NCBI GenBank assembly: GCA_001412365.1
Contig: LKUE01000319.1
Span: 2,264-66,263 of the forward strand
Length of the DNA: 64,000 bases
Direction of reading: 5' to 3'
Source: Desulfuromonas sp. SDB
GTDB lineage: Bacteria > SDB-A
Shown: positions 37,647 through 46,615 of the stretch, in pieces
Numbering within the stretch: the stretch's first letter is position 1
How the letters are laid out: each line of letters starts with the position of its first letter
Made by a program: the position numbers and the translations under genes
The notes under the pieces: model-generated
Told to the model about the DNA's origin: nothing
Seen by the model: only the letters and a program-made list of their open reading frames with translations
Database searches by the model: none

Positions 37647-40607
37647 TTAGTGGTAATATATTATTCCCTTGCCCTCTCTGCCCTGTAGCAATATATGCAG
37701 GGGATTTGATAATTTTAGGCATGTGGTATACCTGCCTGTTTTCTGAGGCAAATGTTGTTTTATCCAGTCCCAATTGATAAAGCTTTTATGATCTTGGTAA
37801 TCAATGGATAAATATCCGATATTCATCGAAGTTATATTGTGGAAGAAATGAGAACCTAAAGAGGGGTCTACTTGAAAATCTTCCAGTCCGTATTCGACAA
37901 TGGCTTTTGCTTTGGAGATTTGATTCCACTCAACCGGAATTCCCAGCCATTGATCCCTGCTTCCCCACCGCCCCGGACCAATTAACAAATAGTTAAAAGA
38001 ATTTTGTTTAGCCAGGTCATTGAAAGATTCAATCTCGGTGGCGATTTCCTGAGTTTTGGATTTATCGAATTTTTGGGGTTCAATATAGATTACATGGAAA
38101 ATATTTTTTATTTCCCCATTTCCTAGAGAACGGTTGGATTTCAGAATTACTTTTTCAGGGTTTATTTGGCTTAAGTCAATTTTTAATTCAGAAATTTTCC
38201 TCATAAAAGGTTTAACTTGAAGCAGGAAAAAAACTGGCTGGGGTTGAGCAGAAAGATCAACTGCGAATTCTATCTCCACCGGGGTTCCCAAGGCAAATTT
38301 CAAGATATCCAGTGTTTTCTGGATTATTTCAGCCAGAGGAAAAGTCTGATATTTTAAAATATAGGGAAAATTTGCCACCAAAGGGCCACGTTTATTTAAC
38401 CCGGGAACTAATCTGCCGTTATCAGCATCCCAAGTGGAAAGACAGCTTTGAAAATCCTGAAGTTCTAAATTCCGGTCCAGCGGAATGGTGGTCAGGGTAG
38501 CTTGTTCTCCAGCCAGAAGGTCAGGATGATGATCTGATAGATTTAATGCAATCAGCTCTTTCTGGGTATGGGAAAGCAGATCTATGGAGGTTTCAAACTC
38601 AATTTTGGGATGAGCTGGACAGAAGCGGTAAGCTTGACCGCCTTCCACCACATAGAATCCCAGACCCAGGGCAATAACTGATATCCCCTCTTCCGGTTTG
38701 ATGTGGGAGAGGGGATAGTAATTATAAGATTGGGCAATACCTGAAATATGAGGATAAAATTTTTGTTGATAGTTTTTCCCCGCCACTTCTTGAATTATCA
38801 CTGCCATGCGTTCTTCTTCAATTTTATAGTTAACCGCATCGAAATAACTCCGGGCAATTTTTGAATAAACAGAAGCATAAACCAGTTTTATCGCATTCAT
38901 CAGCTGCTGTAATCTTTGTTCTGGTTGGGGATGATGGTTGGGGATGATATAGGTGTTGTAAAGTCCGGAAAAAGGCTGAGCTAAGGAGTCTTCAAATAAT
39001 CCCGATGATCTGATAGCCAGAGGGTAGTTGATTTTTTCCAGGTAAATTTTCAAGTTTTCAATTAGAGATGATGGCAGGGAGTGCTTTATAAATTCTGAAC
39101 GGAGATTGAAAATATCATCTTCATAAGCGGCAAATTCCAGAAGATGGTTATCTCCCAAAAATTGCTCAAAAGCTTCGGTGCCGATAATTACTGTATTGGG
39201 GATGGTTATCTCCACCCCGGAAATGTTTTTCAGCAGAGAACTATGGTGTATTAAATTATTTAAAAAAGCAATCCCTCTCCCCTTGCCCCCTAAAGAACCT
39301 CCGGCTAAACGGGAAATATTGATTCGGTCATGAATGTATCGGTTATCGAAGTTGATGATTTTGCCTTTGGTTTTTTCGTACTCCACCTCCCTGCAGGTTT
39401 TCAGCAGATGCTCCCGGATCTGCTTTACTGAACTGAAATCAGAAACTTTCGATTTCTGAAGCTTTTGGGCAATTTTAATTTCACCACGAGCCATCAGCCA
39501 GGATGAAAAATGATTTTGCTCTCCATGATAAATCAACGAATCATCAGCTATGGTTTCCAGCAATGCCTTGAACTCGGGTAGATTTCTGGCCCGGGCTAAT
39601 TCATTTCCCCGGGCATCTTTAAACACAAAATCACCAAAGCCAAGATTGGAAATTATAAAATTTTTCAGTTCTGATTCCAGCATCTCAGAATTTTTATCTA
39701 GAAATGAAGCGTGGAGATTATCCGCATAGATTCTGTTTTGGGGATTATATGATTGCATGAGAACAGGAAGGTCAGGAAGCAGATATTTTACTTCCTTGAT
39801 TAGTTTCATTCCAGCATCTTCTCTGATTTCCTGTTGAAAAGGGAACTTAAAGTCGGAAATGACTGCTACCAGATAGTCTTGGTAATTATTTAGAATTTTT
39901 ATCGCCTGGGGGTAATTGTCGCAAAGCAGTATCTTTGGTCTGGTTCTCATTCTGAGTAATTTTTTTGATTCATCCAGATTTTCTTCTTTAATCAATCTTT
40001 GAGTTTGTTTGATGATTTCAGTGTAGAGCAGGGGGAGGTATCGGGAATAATAACGGATGGAATCTTCAACCACTAAAATAACCCGGACCATTCCCACTTC
40101 GGTGTCATGGTGGACATTTTTTAAATCTTCTATGTACTTTACTATCGCTAGAAAAATTTTCGGTTCTCCGCTCCATACAAAAATCCGGTCAATTTCAGGA
40201 TTTTCCCTGCACCATTGCTGGCATAGGGTGATATCACTATGGTCATTCAACAAAAGCACAATGGGTAGTTGGGGATATTGATTTCTAATTTTTTGGCTGT
40301 ATTCAAAAGGGGAGAATTCATCTATTCTCATGGTGAGAATTACCAAGTCATATTGTTTTTGGCACAACATCTGTATTGCTTCTTCACCTGAGCTGGCACT
40401 GGTGATTTTGGGTGCGCTGGACAGGTTCAGCTGGTAGTATTCTCCAAAAATTTTTTCAGTGAGCATATCTTCCTGCTCAATTATGTAAGCGTCATATAAA
40501 GTTGAAACCAGCAGGATGTCTCGAATTTTAAAAGGCATTAAATCGTGGTAAATCTCTCTTTGTAATTTGTATTCACTGAGATAAGACTGATAAATCTGTT
40601 TGGACAA
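37647..40607 (-). CDS. multidomain signalling protein: pseudo-receiver + receiver (REC) + PPDK_N / PEP-synthase-type ATP-grasp nucleotide-binding domain + unknown C-terminal domain
   Basis: REC-like blocks at residues ~25-130 (DLVILT, acidic pocket degenerate) and ~175-290 (ILVVEDS...VAVISDFKFP...PVLMQS, with the Asp and Ser/Thr conserved). PPDK_N motifs GGSLGGKGRGIAFL, LAIRSSGLFEDS, MAVIIQEV, SGIAQS, LGLGFYVVEG. No TSHAA phospho-His swivel motif was found. Confidence 0.6.
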   Translation of the reverse strand: MSKQIYQSYLSEYKLQREIYHDLMPFKIRDILLVSTLYDAYIIEQEDMLTEKIFGEYYQLNLSSAPKITSASSGEEAIQMLCQKQYDLVILTMRIDEFSPFEYSQKIRNQYPQLPIVLLLNDHSDITLCQQWCRENPEIDRIFVWSGEPKIFLAIVKYIEDLKNVHHDTEVGMVRVILVVEDSIRYYSRYLPLLYTEIIKQTQRLIKEENLDESKKLLRMRTRPKILLCDNYPQAIKILNNYQDYLVAVISDFKFPFQQEIREDAGMKLIKEVKYLLPDLPVLMQSYNPQNRIYADNLHASFLDKNSEMLESELKNFIISNLGFGDFVFKDARGNELARARNLPEFKALLETIADDSLIYHGEQNHFSSWLMARGEIKIAQKLQKSKVSDFSSVKQIREHLLKTCREVEYEKTKGKIINFDNRYIHDRINISRLAGGSLGGKGRGIAFLNNLIHHSSLLKNISGVEITIPNTVIIGTEAFEQFLGDNHLLEFAAYEDDIFNLRSEFIKHSLPSSLIENLKIYLEKINYPLAIRSSGLFEDSLAQPFSGLYNTYIIPNHHPQPEQRLQQLMNAIKLVYASVYSKIARSYFDAVNYKIEEERMAVIIQEVAGKNYQQKFYPHISGIAQSYNYYPLSHIKPEEGISVIALGLGFYVVEGGQAYRFCPAHPKIEFETSIDLLSHTQKELIALNLSDHHPDLLAGEQATLTTIPLDRNLELQDFQSCLSTWDADNGRLVPGLNKRGPLVANFPYILKYQTFPLAEIIQKTLDILKFALGTPVEIEFAVDLSAQPQPVFFLLQVKPFMRKISELKIDLSQINPEKVILKSNRSLGNGEIKNIFHVIYIEPQKFDKSKTQEIATEIESFNDLAKQNSFNYLLIGPGRWGSRDQWLGIPVEWNQISKAKAIVEYGLEDFQVDPSLGSHFFHNITSMNIGYLSIDYQDHKSFINWDWIKQHLPQKTGRYTTCLKLSNPLHILLQGREGKGIIYYH

Positions 40608-40696
40608 ATCATTCCTCCTGATTTTTCAGCTAAACGGGGTAATAAATTTTCATCGGTAATATTTTACTTATCTGTCCTATTGATTATACTATATCC

Positions 40697-41773
40697 ATGA
40701 ATAAAGTGCTGTTTTTTTTTACTCAAGGTTATTATGTTCTGGTCCGACTGACCAACTCAACCTATTTTTTTGATTTATTATACCGGTTGTTGAAAGATCC
40801 TTTTCAGATTAATCAGTCCTGCTACGAAATGAAAAAATTCAATAAGATGTTGGAATCTATTCCTCCCGGTGATTATCGCCATTGCCTGGATATTGGCTGC
40901 GGAACTGGTGTGCTTACCTCTAAAATACTTTCCATCTCCTCAAAGGTTACCGGAATAGACCTTTCTCCCCGGGCTATAAATGTAGCCAGGCATAAATATA
41001 AACAGGAATCTCGATTAACCTTTATCTCAGCGGATATATGCTCATATCAAAGTGATTCAAGCTATGATTTATTTATCTGCTCCGAAGTTCTCTACTATCT
41101 ACAGCCCAAAGAGTTAACTAAGGCAATTCAGCAAATAAAAAAACTGACGGATAAAAGGGGGGTACTTGTTTTTGTAGGTAGAGCAGATGATAACTATGTA
41201 AGCAGGCAGCTTGAAAAGTATTTTTCGTTGATAGACAAATTCATCTGCCCGGCTCAATTCACCTATAGAGGGCTTGGACTGAACATTTCCAGGCCATTTG
41301 GTATTTTTATTTACCGAATATCAAACCGGGGAGTGGATGCTGATTTGTCAATAAGATTTTATAAATCCAGGGATTATACCCAGTTGATCCGGTTATGGAA
41401 ACAATGCAAATTACCCCTTAAACCGAAGGGCAGAGATAGCCGGGAAGAACTGGACCGTCAGTCAAAATTATCCACCTCGATATTTCTGGTAGCTTATACA
41501 GGAGAAGAATTGGCGGGATCGGTTTTTGCTACCGATGATGGCAGGAAAGGTTGGATAAACAGATTGGCGGTTAATAAAAAATACCGTAAAAGAGGCATTG
41601 CCAGTAAATTACTGAAAACTGCAGAAAATAAGCTTGCTGAAAAGGGAATTAAAATGAATGCCTGTTTAATTGAATCAGATAACCTTAACTCTAAACTATT
41701 TTTTAAGGAAAGGGGATACCGGGAAGTCAAAGGAATCTCCTATTTTACCAAAAAAAAGAATAGGGATATTTGA
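40697..41773 (+). CDS. fusion protein: class I SAM-dependent methyltransferase (N) + GNAT N-acetyltransferase (C)
   Basis: MTase motif I LDIGCGTGVLT; GNAT motif A (WINRLAVNKKYRKRGIASKLL). The true start may be an internal Met near 40829. Confidence 0.6.
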   Translation: MNKVLFFFTQGYYVLVRLTNSTYFFDLLYRLLKDPFQINQSCYEMKKFNKMLESIPPGDYRHCLDIGCGTGVLTSKILSISSKVTGIDLSPRAINVARHKYKQESRLTFISADICSYQSDSSYDLFICSEVLYYLQPKELTKAIQQIKKLTDKRGVLVFVGRADDNYVSRQLEKYFSLIDKFICPAQFTYRGLGLNISRPFGIFIYRISNRGVDADLSIRFYKSRDYTQLIRLWKQCKLPLKPKGRDSREELDRQSKLSTSIFLVAYTGEELAGSVFATDDGRKGWINRLAVNKKYRKRGIASKLLKTAENKLAEKGIKMNACLIESDNLNSKLFFKERGYREVKGISYFTKKKNRDI

Positions 41774-41780
41774 GGCGGAA

Positions 41781-42431
41781 ATGAAAAAATTAAATGAAAA
41801 GCTGATAATATTTGATCTGGATGGAACTTTATACCGCTCAGAAACTTCATTTTTTCCGGCAGTTCAAAGATTTTTTGATGAATATGCCAGCCCTTCGCAG
41901 ACTGCAAGAATATTCAAAGATAAATTTGTAAATAAGTTTATCGGAGAACCAGAGCATGTATTTGTCAACTGGTTATCTGCTATGTTTCCCCATCAGAATC
42001 CGGTTAAGATGAAAGAACAATTTGAAGAATATGAATTATCCGCGGTACAAAGTTCAGGTCAATTATATCCGGGAGTCATGGAAACCCTGGATTGGCTGAA
42101 TGTTAATGATTACGATATTTACCTTTGTTCAAATGCCACTTTAAATTACCTTGAGGCGATTATCAATAAATTTAATTTATCCCAATATTTCAAAGCACTG
42201 TACATCCCTCAAACCAAACAGCACACCAAAAAGATGATGATGAAAGAAATTAAGGAAAAGTCCGGCAAGCAAAGTGGTTACGCAGTGGGAGACAGATTTC
42301 ACGATTTGCAGGCAGCCCTGGCTAACCAGTTATTTTTTTTCGGAGCAGCTTACGGATATGCCCCTGAGGAAATGAAACCAGCCCATAAGTTGTTGTCAGA
42401 AGTAAAACAGATTATTGATACTTTGAAATAA
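41781..42431 (+). CDS. HAD-superfamily hydrolase
   Basis: HAD motif I IIFDLDGTLY. The ORF-track start at 41670 overlaps the upstream gene by 100 nt; the ATG at 41781 has a GAGG RBS. Confidence 0.7.
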   Translation: MKKLNEKLIIFDLDGTLYRSETSFFPAVQRFFDEYASPSQTARIFKDKFVNKFIGEPEHVFVNWLSAMFPHQNPVKMKEQFEEYELSAVQSSGQLYPGVMETLDWLNVNDYDIYLCSNATLNYLEAIINKFNLSQYFKALYIPQTKQHTKKMMMKEIKEKSGKQSGYAVGDRFHDLQAALANQLFFFGAAYGYAPEEMKPAHKLLSEVKQIIDTLK

Positions 42432-42460
42432 TTCCCCAGCAGTGATAATATGCATAAATA

Positions 42461-43621
42461 ATGAATTTTAAGGAAATAATTAAATTAAGGCATGATCTCC
42501 ATTCTCTAGCAGAAATTTCCGGCAGGGAAAAACAAACTGCACAAAAAGTTAAACAGTTTCTGGAACCATTAAGACCTCTACACATTGTTGAAAACATTGG
42601 AGGATATGGGCTGGCTGCAATTTTTGATTCAGGAAAGTCCGGAAGTACTTATATGTTCAGAGCGGAGTTAGATGCCCTGCCTCTGGAGGAGGAAATTGAT
42701 ATTGATTATGCCAGCTTAAATCCTAAAGTTTCTCATAAATGCGGACATGATGGACATATGGCTATATTGCTGGGATTAGCTGGTATTATAAATTCCCGCA
42801 GGGACTTATGGAAGGGAAAAGTCATTTTGATTTTTCAACCTGCTGAAGAAACCGGTACCGGCGCGGATTTAGTTTGGTCAGATGTAAAATTTAAATTGCT
42901 GAAACCGGATTTTGTATTTGCTCTTCATAATCTGCCTGGATATCCTGTTAACAGTATTATTATCAAAACCGGTTTATTCTGTTCAGCTTCCCAAGGGTTA
43001 GTGGTCAAGTTGAAAGGCCGGACTTCCCATGCGGGACATCCTGAACAGGGCAACAGCCCCCTTCCTGCCATGGTTAATCTTATAACTTTCCTCCAGGGAT
43101 TGAAAGACAGAGTAATTGGCTATAACCGCTCAGCCCTGGTTACGGTTATTCATCTGCAGCTGGGAGAAAGAGCTTTTGGCACCAATCCCGGGGAAGGTCA
43201 GGTGATGATTACTTTACGGGCTCATCAACAGCAGGATTTAGATTTAATGAAATCAGCAATTGCCCAAAAAGTTCGTAAATTAGCTGAAATTTACGATTTG
43301 AGTTGTTCTTTGGATTGGGTGGAATACTTCCCCCCGGTGCACAATGATGAATTATGTGTTGATAAGGTCCATCAAGCAGCTCATCAATTGAAGTTAAACA
43401 TCATAACCCAGGAACAGCCCTTTGCCTGGACTGAAGATTTTTCTCATTTCACTAGGAATATCCCTGGAGTTCTGTTTGGATTGGGAGCAGGAGAAGACTA
43501 TCCTCCCCTACATCATCGAAATTACGATTTTCCCGATTCACTTATTGAAACGGGTATTAACCTCTGGTGGAATATAATCTTGAATGGGGAATTATCATCC
43601 TCAACAGAAATAGCTAGATGA
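42461..43621 (+). CDS. M20D-family amidohydrolase (aminoacylase / hippurate hydrolase-like)
   Basis: HKCGHDGH metal-binding motif and ~390 aa length typical of M20D. Confidence 0.75.
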   Translation: MNFKEIIKLRHDLHSLAEISGREKQTAQKVKQFLEPLRPLHIVENIGGYGLAAIFDSGKSGSTYMFRAELDALPLEEEIDIDYASLNPKVSHKCGHDGHMAILLGLAGIINSRRDLWKGKVILIFQPAEETGTGADLVWSDVKFKLLKPDFVFALHNLPGYPVNSIIIKTGLFCSASQGLVVKLKGRTSHAGHPEQGNSPLPAMVNLITFLQGLKDRVIGYNRSALVTVIHLQLGERAFGTNPGEGQVMITLRAHQQQDLDLMKSAIAQKVRKLAEIYDLSCSLDWVEYFPPVHNDELCVDKVHQAAHQLKLNIITQEQPFAWTEDFSHFTRNIPGVLFGLGAGEDYPPLHHRNYDFPDSLIETGINLWWNIILNGELSSSTEIAR

Positions 43622-43622
43622 T

Positions 43623-44780
43623 ATGAAGTCCAGTTCTTATATTGAAATCAGCCGTTCTGCCTATAAAAAAAATATCCGGTACCTTTCCCGAAGAATTGGC
43701 AAACAGGTCAAATTTGTGTCTGTAGTAAAGGGTAACGCCTACGGACATGGGCTAGAAACCTTTGTCCCCATGGCTGAACAAACCGGAATAGATTACTTTG
43801 CAGTTTTTGACACCGCAGAGGCGGAAATTGTAAACAGGGTAAAAAAACCTCAAACAGATTTAATGATTACCGGATTCATTGACCACCAGGATCTTTCCTG
43901 GGTAATTGAAAATAATATATCGTTTTATGTGTTCAATGTGGAAAGATTGAAAGAAGCAATTGAAGTAGCGCAAAATATCTCCATGCCTGCCAGGATTCAT
44001 CTTGAACTGGAAACAGGACTTTACCGTACGGGTATAGATAATGAGAATTTCCAACAAGTTATCCAGTTGTTAAAAATAAATAAATCCCACCTGTTTTTAG
44101 AAGGAGTTTGTACTCATTTTGCAGGAGCGGAAAGCATCTCAAATTATTATAGAATTATAAACCAAATACAGAGTTTTAATAATCTGGTTGAACTGTTAAA
44201 ATACCACGGGCTTCAGTTCCAATACCGACACTGTGCCTGTTCAGCAGCAGCATTAACTTATCCCCAAACCATTATGGATCTGGTCAGAATTGGAATAGCT
44301 CAATACGGATTTTGGCCCAGTCAGGAAACAAAAATTCACAATCAGCTTTCCAAGGGAGTTGAGTTTAAAAAGGATCCGTTAAGACAGATATTGTCTTGGA
44401 AATCCAAAGTGATGGATATTAAGAATGTCCCCCCGGGTAAATTTGTAAGTTACAGCAATTCTTTTTTTTCCTCTCGAAATTTAATAATTGCTTCGGTTCC
44501 GGTGGGATATACTCATGGATTCAACCGCAGTTTAAGCAATAGGGGTAAGGTTTTGATAAGAGGAAAATTTGCCCCGGTAGTGGGCTTGGTTAACATGAAT
44601 ATGTTTCTGGTGGATGTTACCCATATCCCCTTCTGTCACCCTGGAGATGAGGTGGTGTTGATAGGCGCTCAGGGTAAAAGAAAAATAACAGTGAGCTCTT
44701 TTCAGGAAATAACTAACCACCTGAACTATGAATTGTTAAGTCACCTTCCCTCCATCATCCCCCGAAAGATTATTGAATAG
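43623..44780 (+). CDS. alr: alanine racemase
   Basis: PLP-lysine motif SVVKGNAYGHG and the C-terminal beta domain. Confidence 0.88.
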   Translation: MKSSSYIEISRSAYKKNIRYLSRRIGKQVKFVSVVKGNAYGHGLETFVPMAEQTGIDYFAVFDTAEAEIVNRVKKPQTDLMITGFIDHQDLSWVIENNISFYVFNVERLKEAIEVAQNISMPARIHLELETGLYRTGIDNENFQQVIQLLKINKSHLFLEGVCTHFAGAESISNYYRIINQIQSFNNLVELLKYHGLQFQYRHCACSAAALTYPQTIMDLVRIGIAQYGFWPSQETKIHNQLSKGVEFKKDPLRQILSWKSKVMDIKNVPPGKFVSYSNSFFSSRNLIIASVPVGYTHGFNRSLSNRGKVLIRGKFAPVVGLVNMNMFLVDVTHIPFCHPGDEVVLIGAQGKRKITVSSFQEITNHLNYELLSHLPSIIPRKIIE

Positions 44781-44836
44781 TAAACCAGTTTAAATTAAAA
44801 TAGAGGTAACTTAGGAACAGTAAAAAAAACTGTAAA

Positions 44837-45172
44837 ATGGAGAAAATTATGGAAGACTATGACCGGAAATATCAAAAGGCGAGAAGAAGAGTGGAAGAAA
44901 TTAAATCTTTTTATTTTCACTTGTTGATATTTGTTCTAGTAAACACAGGATTAGTCATTTTAAATTATTTTACTTCTCGAGGTAATTGGTGGTTTTACTG
45001 GCCCCTATTAGGATGGGGAGTAGGTATTGTCGCTCATGCTTTCTCTGTTTTCGGGCTGGGCAAATTTCTGGGACCGGAGTGGGAAGAAAAGAAAATCAAT
45101 GAAATTATAGAGAAAATGAATAAGCCCAGTGAAACAACTCAGAGTACAGATGAAGAAGATTTATCCCCCTGA
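44837..45172 (+). CDS. 2TM-domain (PF13239-like) small membrane protein
   Basis: Charged N-terminus, then two TM helices with WW/W-rich FYWPLLGWGVG and a C-terminal acidic tail. Confidence 0.45.
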   Translation: MEKIMEDYDRKYQKARRRVEEIKSFYFHLLIFVLVNTGLVILNYFTSRGNWWFYWPLLGWGVGIVAHAFSVFGLGKFLGPEWEEKKINEIIEKMNKPSETTQSTDEEDLSP

Positions 45173-45181
45173 TCGGCTCTT

Positions 45182-46615
45182 ATGACTGGTTCAGAAGATC
45201 TTTCCTCTTCCAAACATAAAATATTTATAAATTTATATCAAAAATTAGGTGATAACCGTCAGTTGGTGAGAGTAGAACCTCTTACTCCTTCCGGCTCCTC
45301 CCGGGAATACTTCAGGATTACCAGCGGAAAGGACAGGGCAATAGGAATGTATAACCCCGATGTGTCCGAAAACATGGCTTTCCAATATTTAACTGATGAA
45401 TTTGCCGCTTGCCGATTAAAAGTACCCCGGATTCTGATTAGTTACAAAAATCAATATTACTTACTGGAAGATCTGGGAGATATGACCTTGTTTGATTTTA
45501 TAAGAGGAAACAATTTTAATTCCACAGTAGTAGACTATCTAAAAATCTGCGTTCAGCAGTTATTGGAATTTCAAGTCAGGGCAGGATTAAAACTGGACTT
45601 TTCCCGATGTTATCCCCAATCAAAATTTGATCAGGAAGCCATGTTAATGGATTTAAATTATTTCAAATATTATTTTTTGAAATTGAAAATCCCCCATTTA
45701 AATGAACATATCCTGGACGGGGATTTTAATTTGTTCAGTAGATATTTGTTGCAGGCTCCGGGGAATTTTTTCATGTATCGGGACTTTCAATCCCGGAATA
45801 TTATGATTGTTGATGAACAACTATATTTCATAGATTTTCAGGGGGGAAGGCAGGGACCTCTTCAGTATGATCTAGGATCTCTGCTTTTCCAGGCTAGAGC
45901 AGAAATTCCGGATAATATAAGACAGCAGATAATGAACTTCTATCTGACTCAACTGGATCAATATAACCTGGTAAATTGTTCAAAGTTCACCGATTACTAC
46001 TACGACTTTGTTTTAATTAGAATATTTCAGACTTTAGGAGCATATGGATTTAGAGGATTAATTCAACAAAAACCTCACTTCATCAAGAGCATTCCCCTGG
46101 CTTTGAAAAATTTAGATGAAGTTTTAGCTAAAACGGTTATTCCCCTCAAGTGTAAATATCTTTATAAATTGCTGCTGCAATTACTAGAAAATGAACAGAA
46201 ATTTCAGGGTTATTCTGATAAAAAATTAAAACTAACTATCTACAGTTTTGCTTATGCTTCGGGAATACCAACAGATAAACAGGGTCACGGAGGAGGCTTT
46301 GTATTTGACTGCCGCTGCCTGGATAATCCGGGTAAAATCAAGAAATATGCTGATTTAACCGGAAAATCAAAATCAGTTCAGGATTTTTTGCAAAGCCGTC
46401 CTGAAGTGATAAGGTGGTTGAACTCAGCATTTGACATTGTAGATCAAGCAGTTAATACTTATCAGCAAAGAAGTTTTAACTCACTAACCGTCTGTTTTGG
46501 TTGTACCGGCGGAAGGCACCGTTCAGTTTTTTGTGCGGAAAAGCTAAGGCAACATCTTATGGACAAATTTGATATAAACCTGGATTTAATCCATTCGGTT
46601 ATCGGAGCAACATGA
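45182..46615 (+). CDS. APH-fold sugar anomeric kinase (AmgK-like) fused to a RapZ C-terminal domain
   Basis: N-terminal ~330 aa carry phosphotransferase-family motifs (catalytic loop YRDFQSRNIMI, DFG-like FIDFQGG). The C-terminal ~140 aa align by eye to the E. coli RapZ C-domain (SFAYASGIPTD / FDCRCLDNP / LTGKSKSVQDFL / SLTVCFGCTGGRHRSVFCAEKL against SFGFKHGIPID / FDVRFLPNP / LTGLDKPVAAFL / [22 protein letters not shown]). Confidence 0.65.
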   Translation: MTGSEDLSSSKHKIFINLYQKLGDNRQLVRVEPLTPSGSSREYFRITSGKDRAIGMYNPDVSENMAFQYLTDEFAACRLKVPRILISYKNQYYLLEDLGDMTLFDFIRGNNFNSTVVDYLKICVQQLLEFQVRAGLKLDFSRCYPQSKFDQEAMLMDLNYFKYYFLKLKIPHLNEHILDGDFNLFSRYLLQAPGNFFMYRDFQSRNIMIVDEQLYFIDFQGGRQGPLQYDLGSLLFQARAEIPDNIRQQIMNFYLTQLDQYNLVNCSKFTDYYYDFVLIRIFQTLGAYGFRGLIQQKPHFIKSIPLALKNLDEVLAKTVIPLKCKYLYKLLLQLLENEQKFQGYSDKKLKLTIYSFAYASGIPTDKQGHGGGFVFDCRCLDNPGKIKKYADLTGKSKSVQDFLQSRPEVIRWLNSAFDIVDQAVNTYQQRSFNSLTVCFGCTGGRHRSVFCAEKLRQHLMDKFDINLDLIHSVIGAT

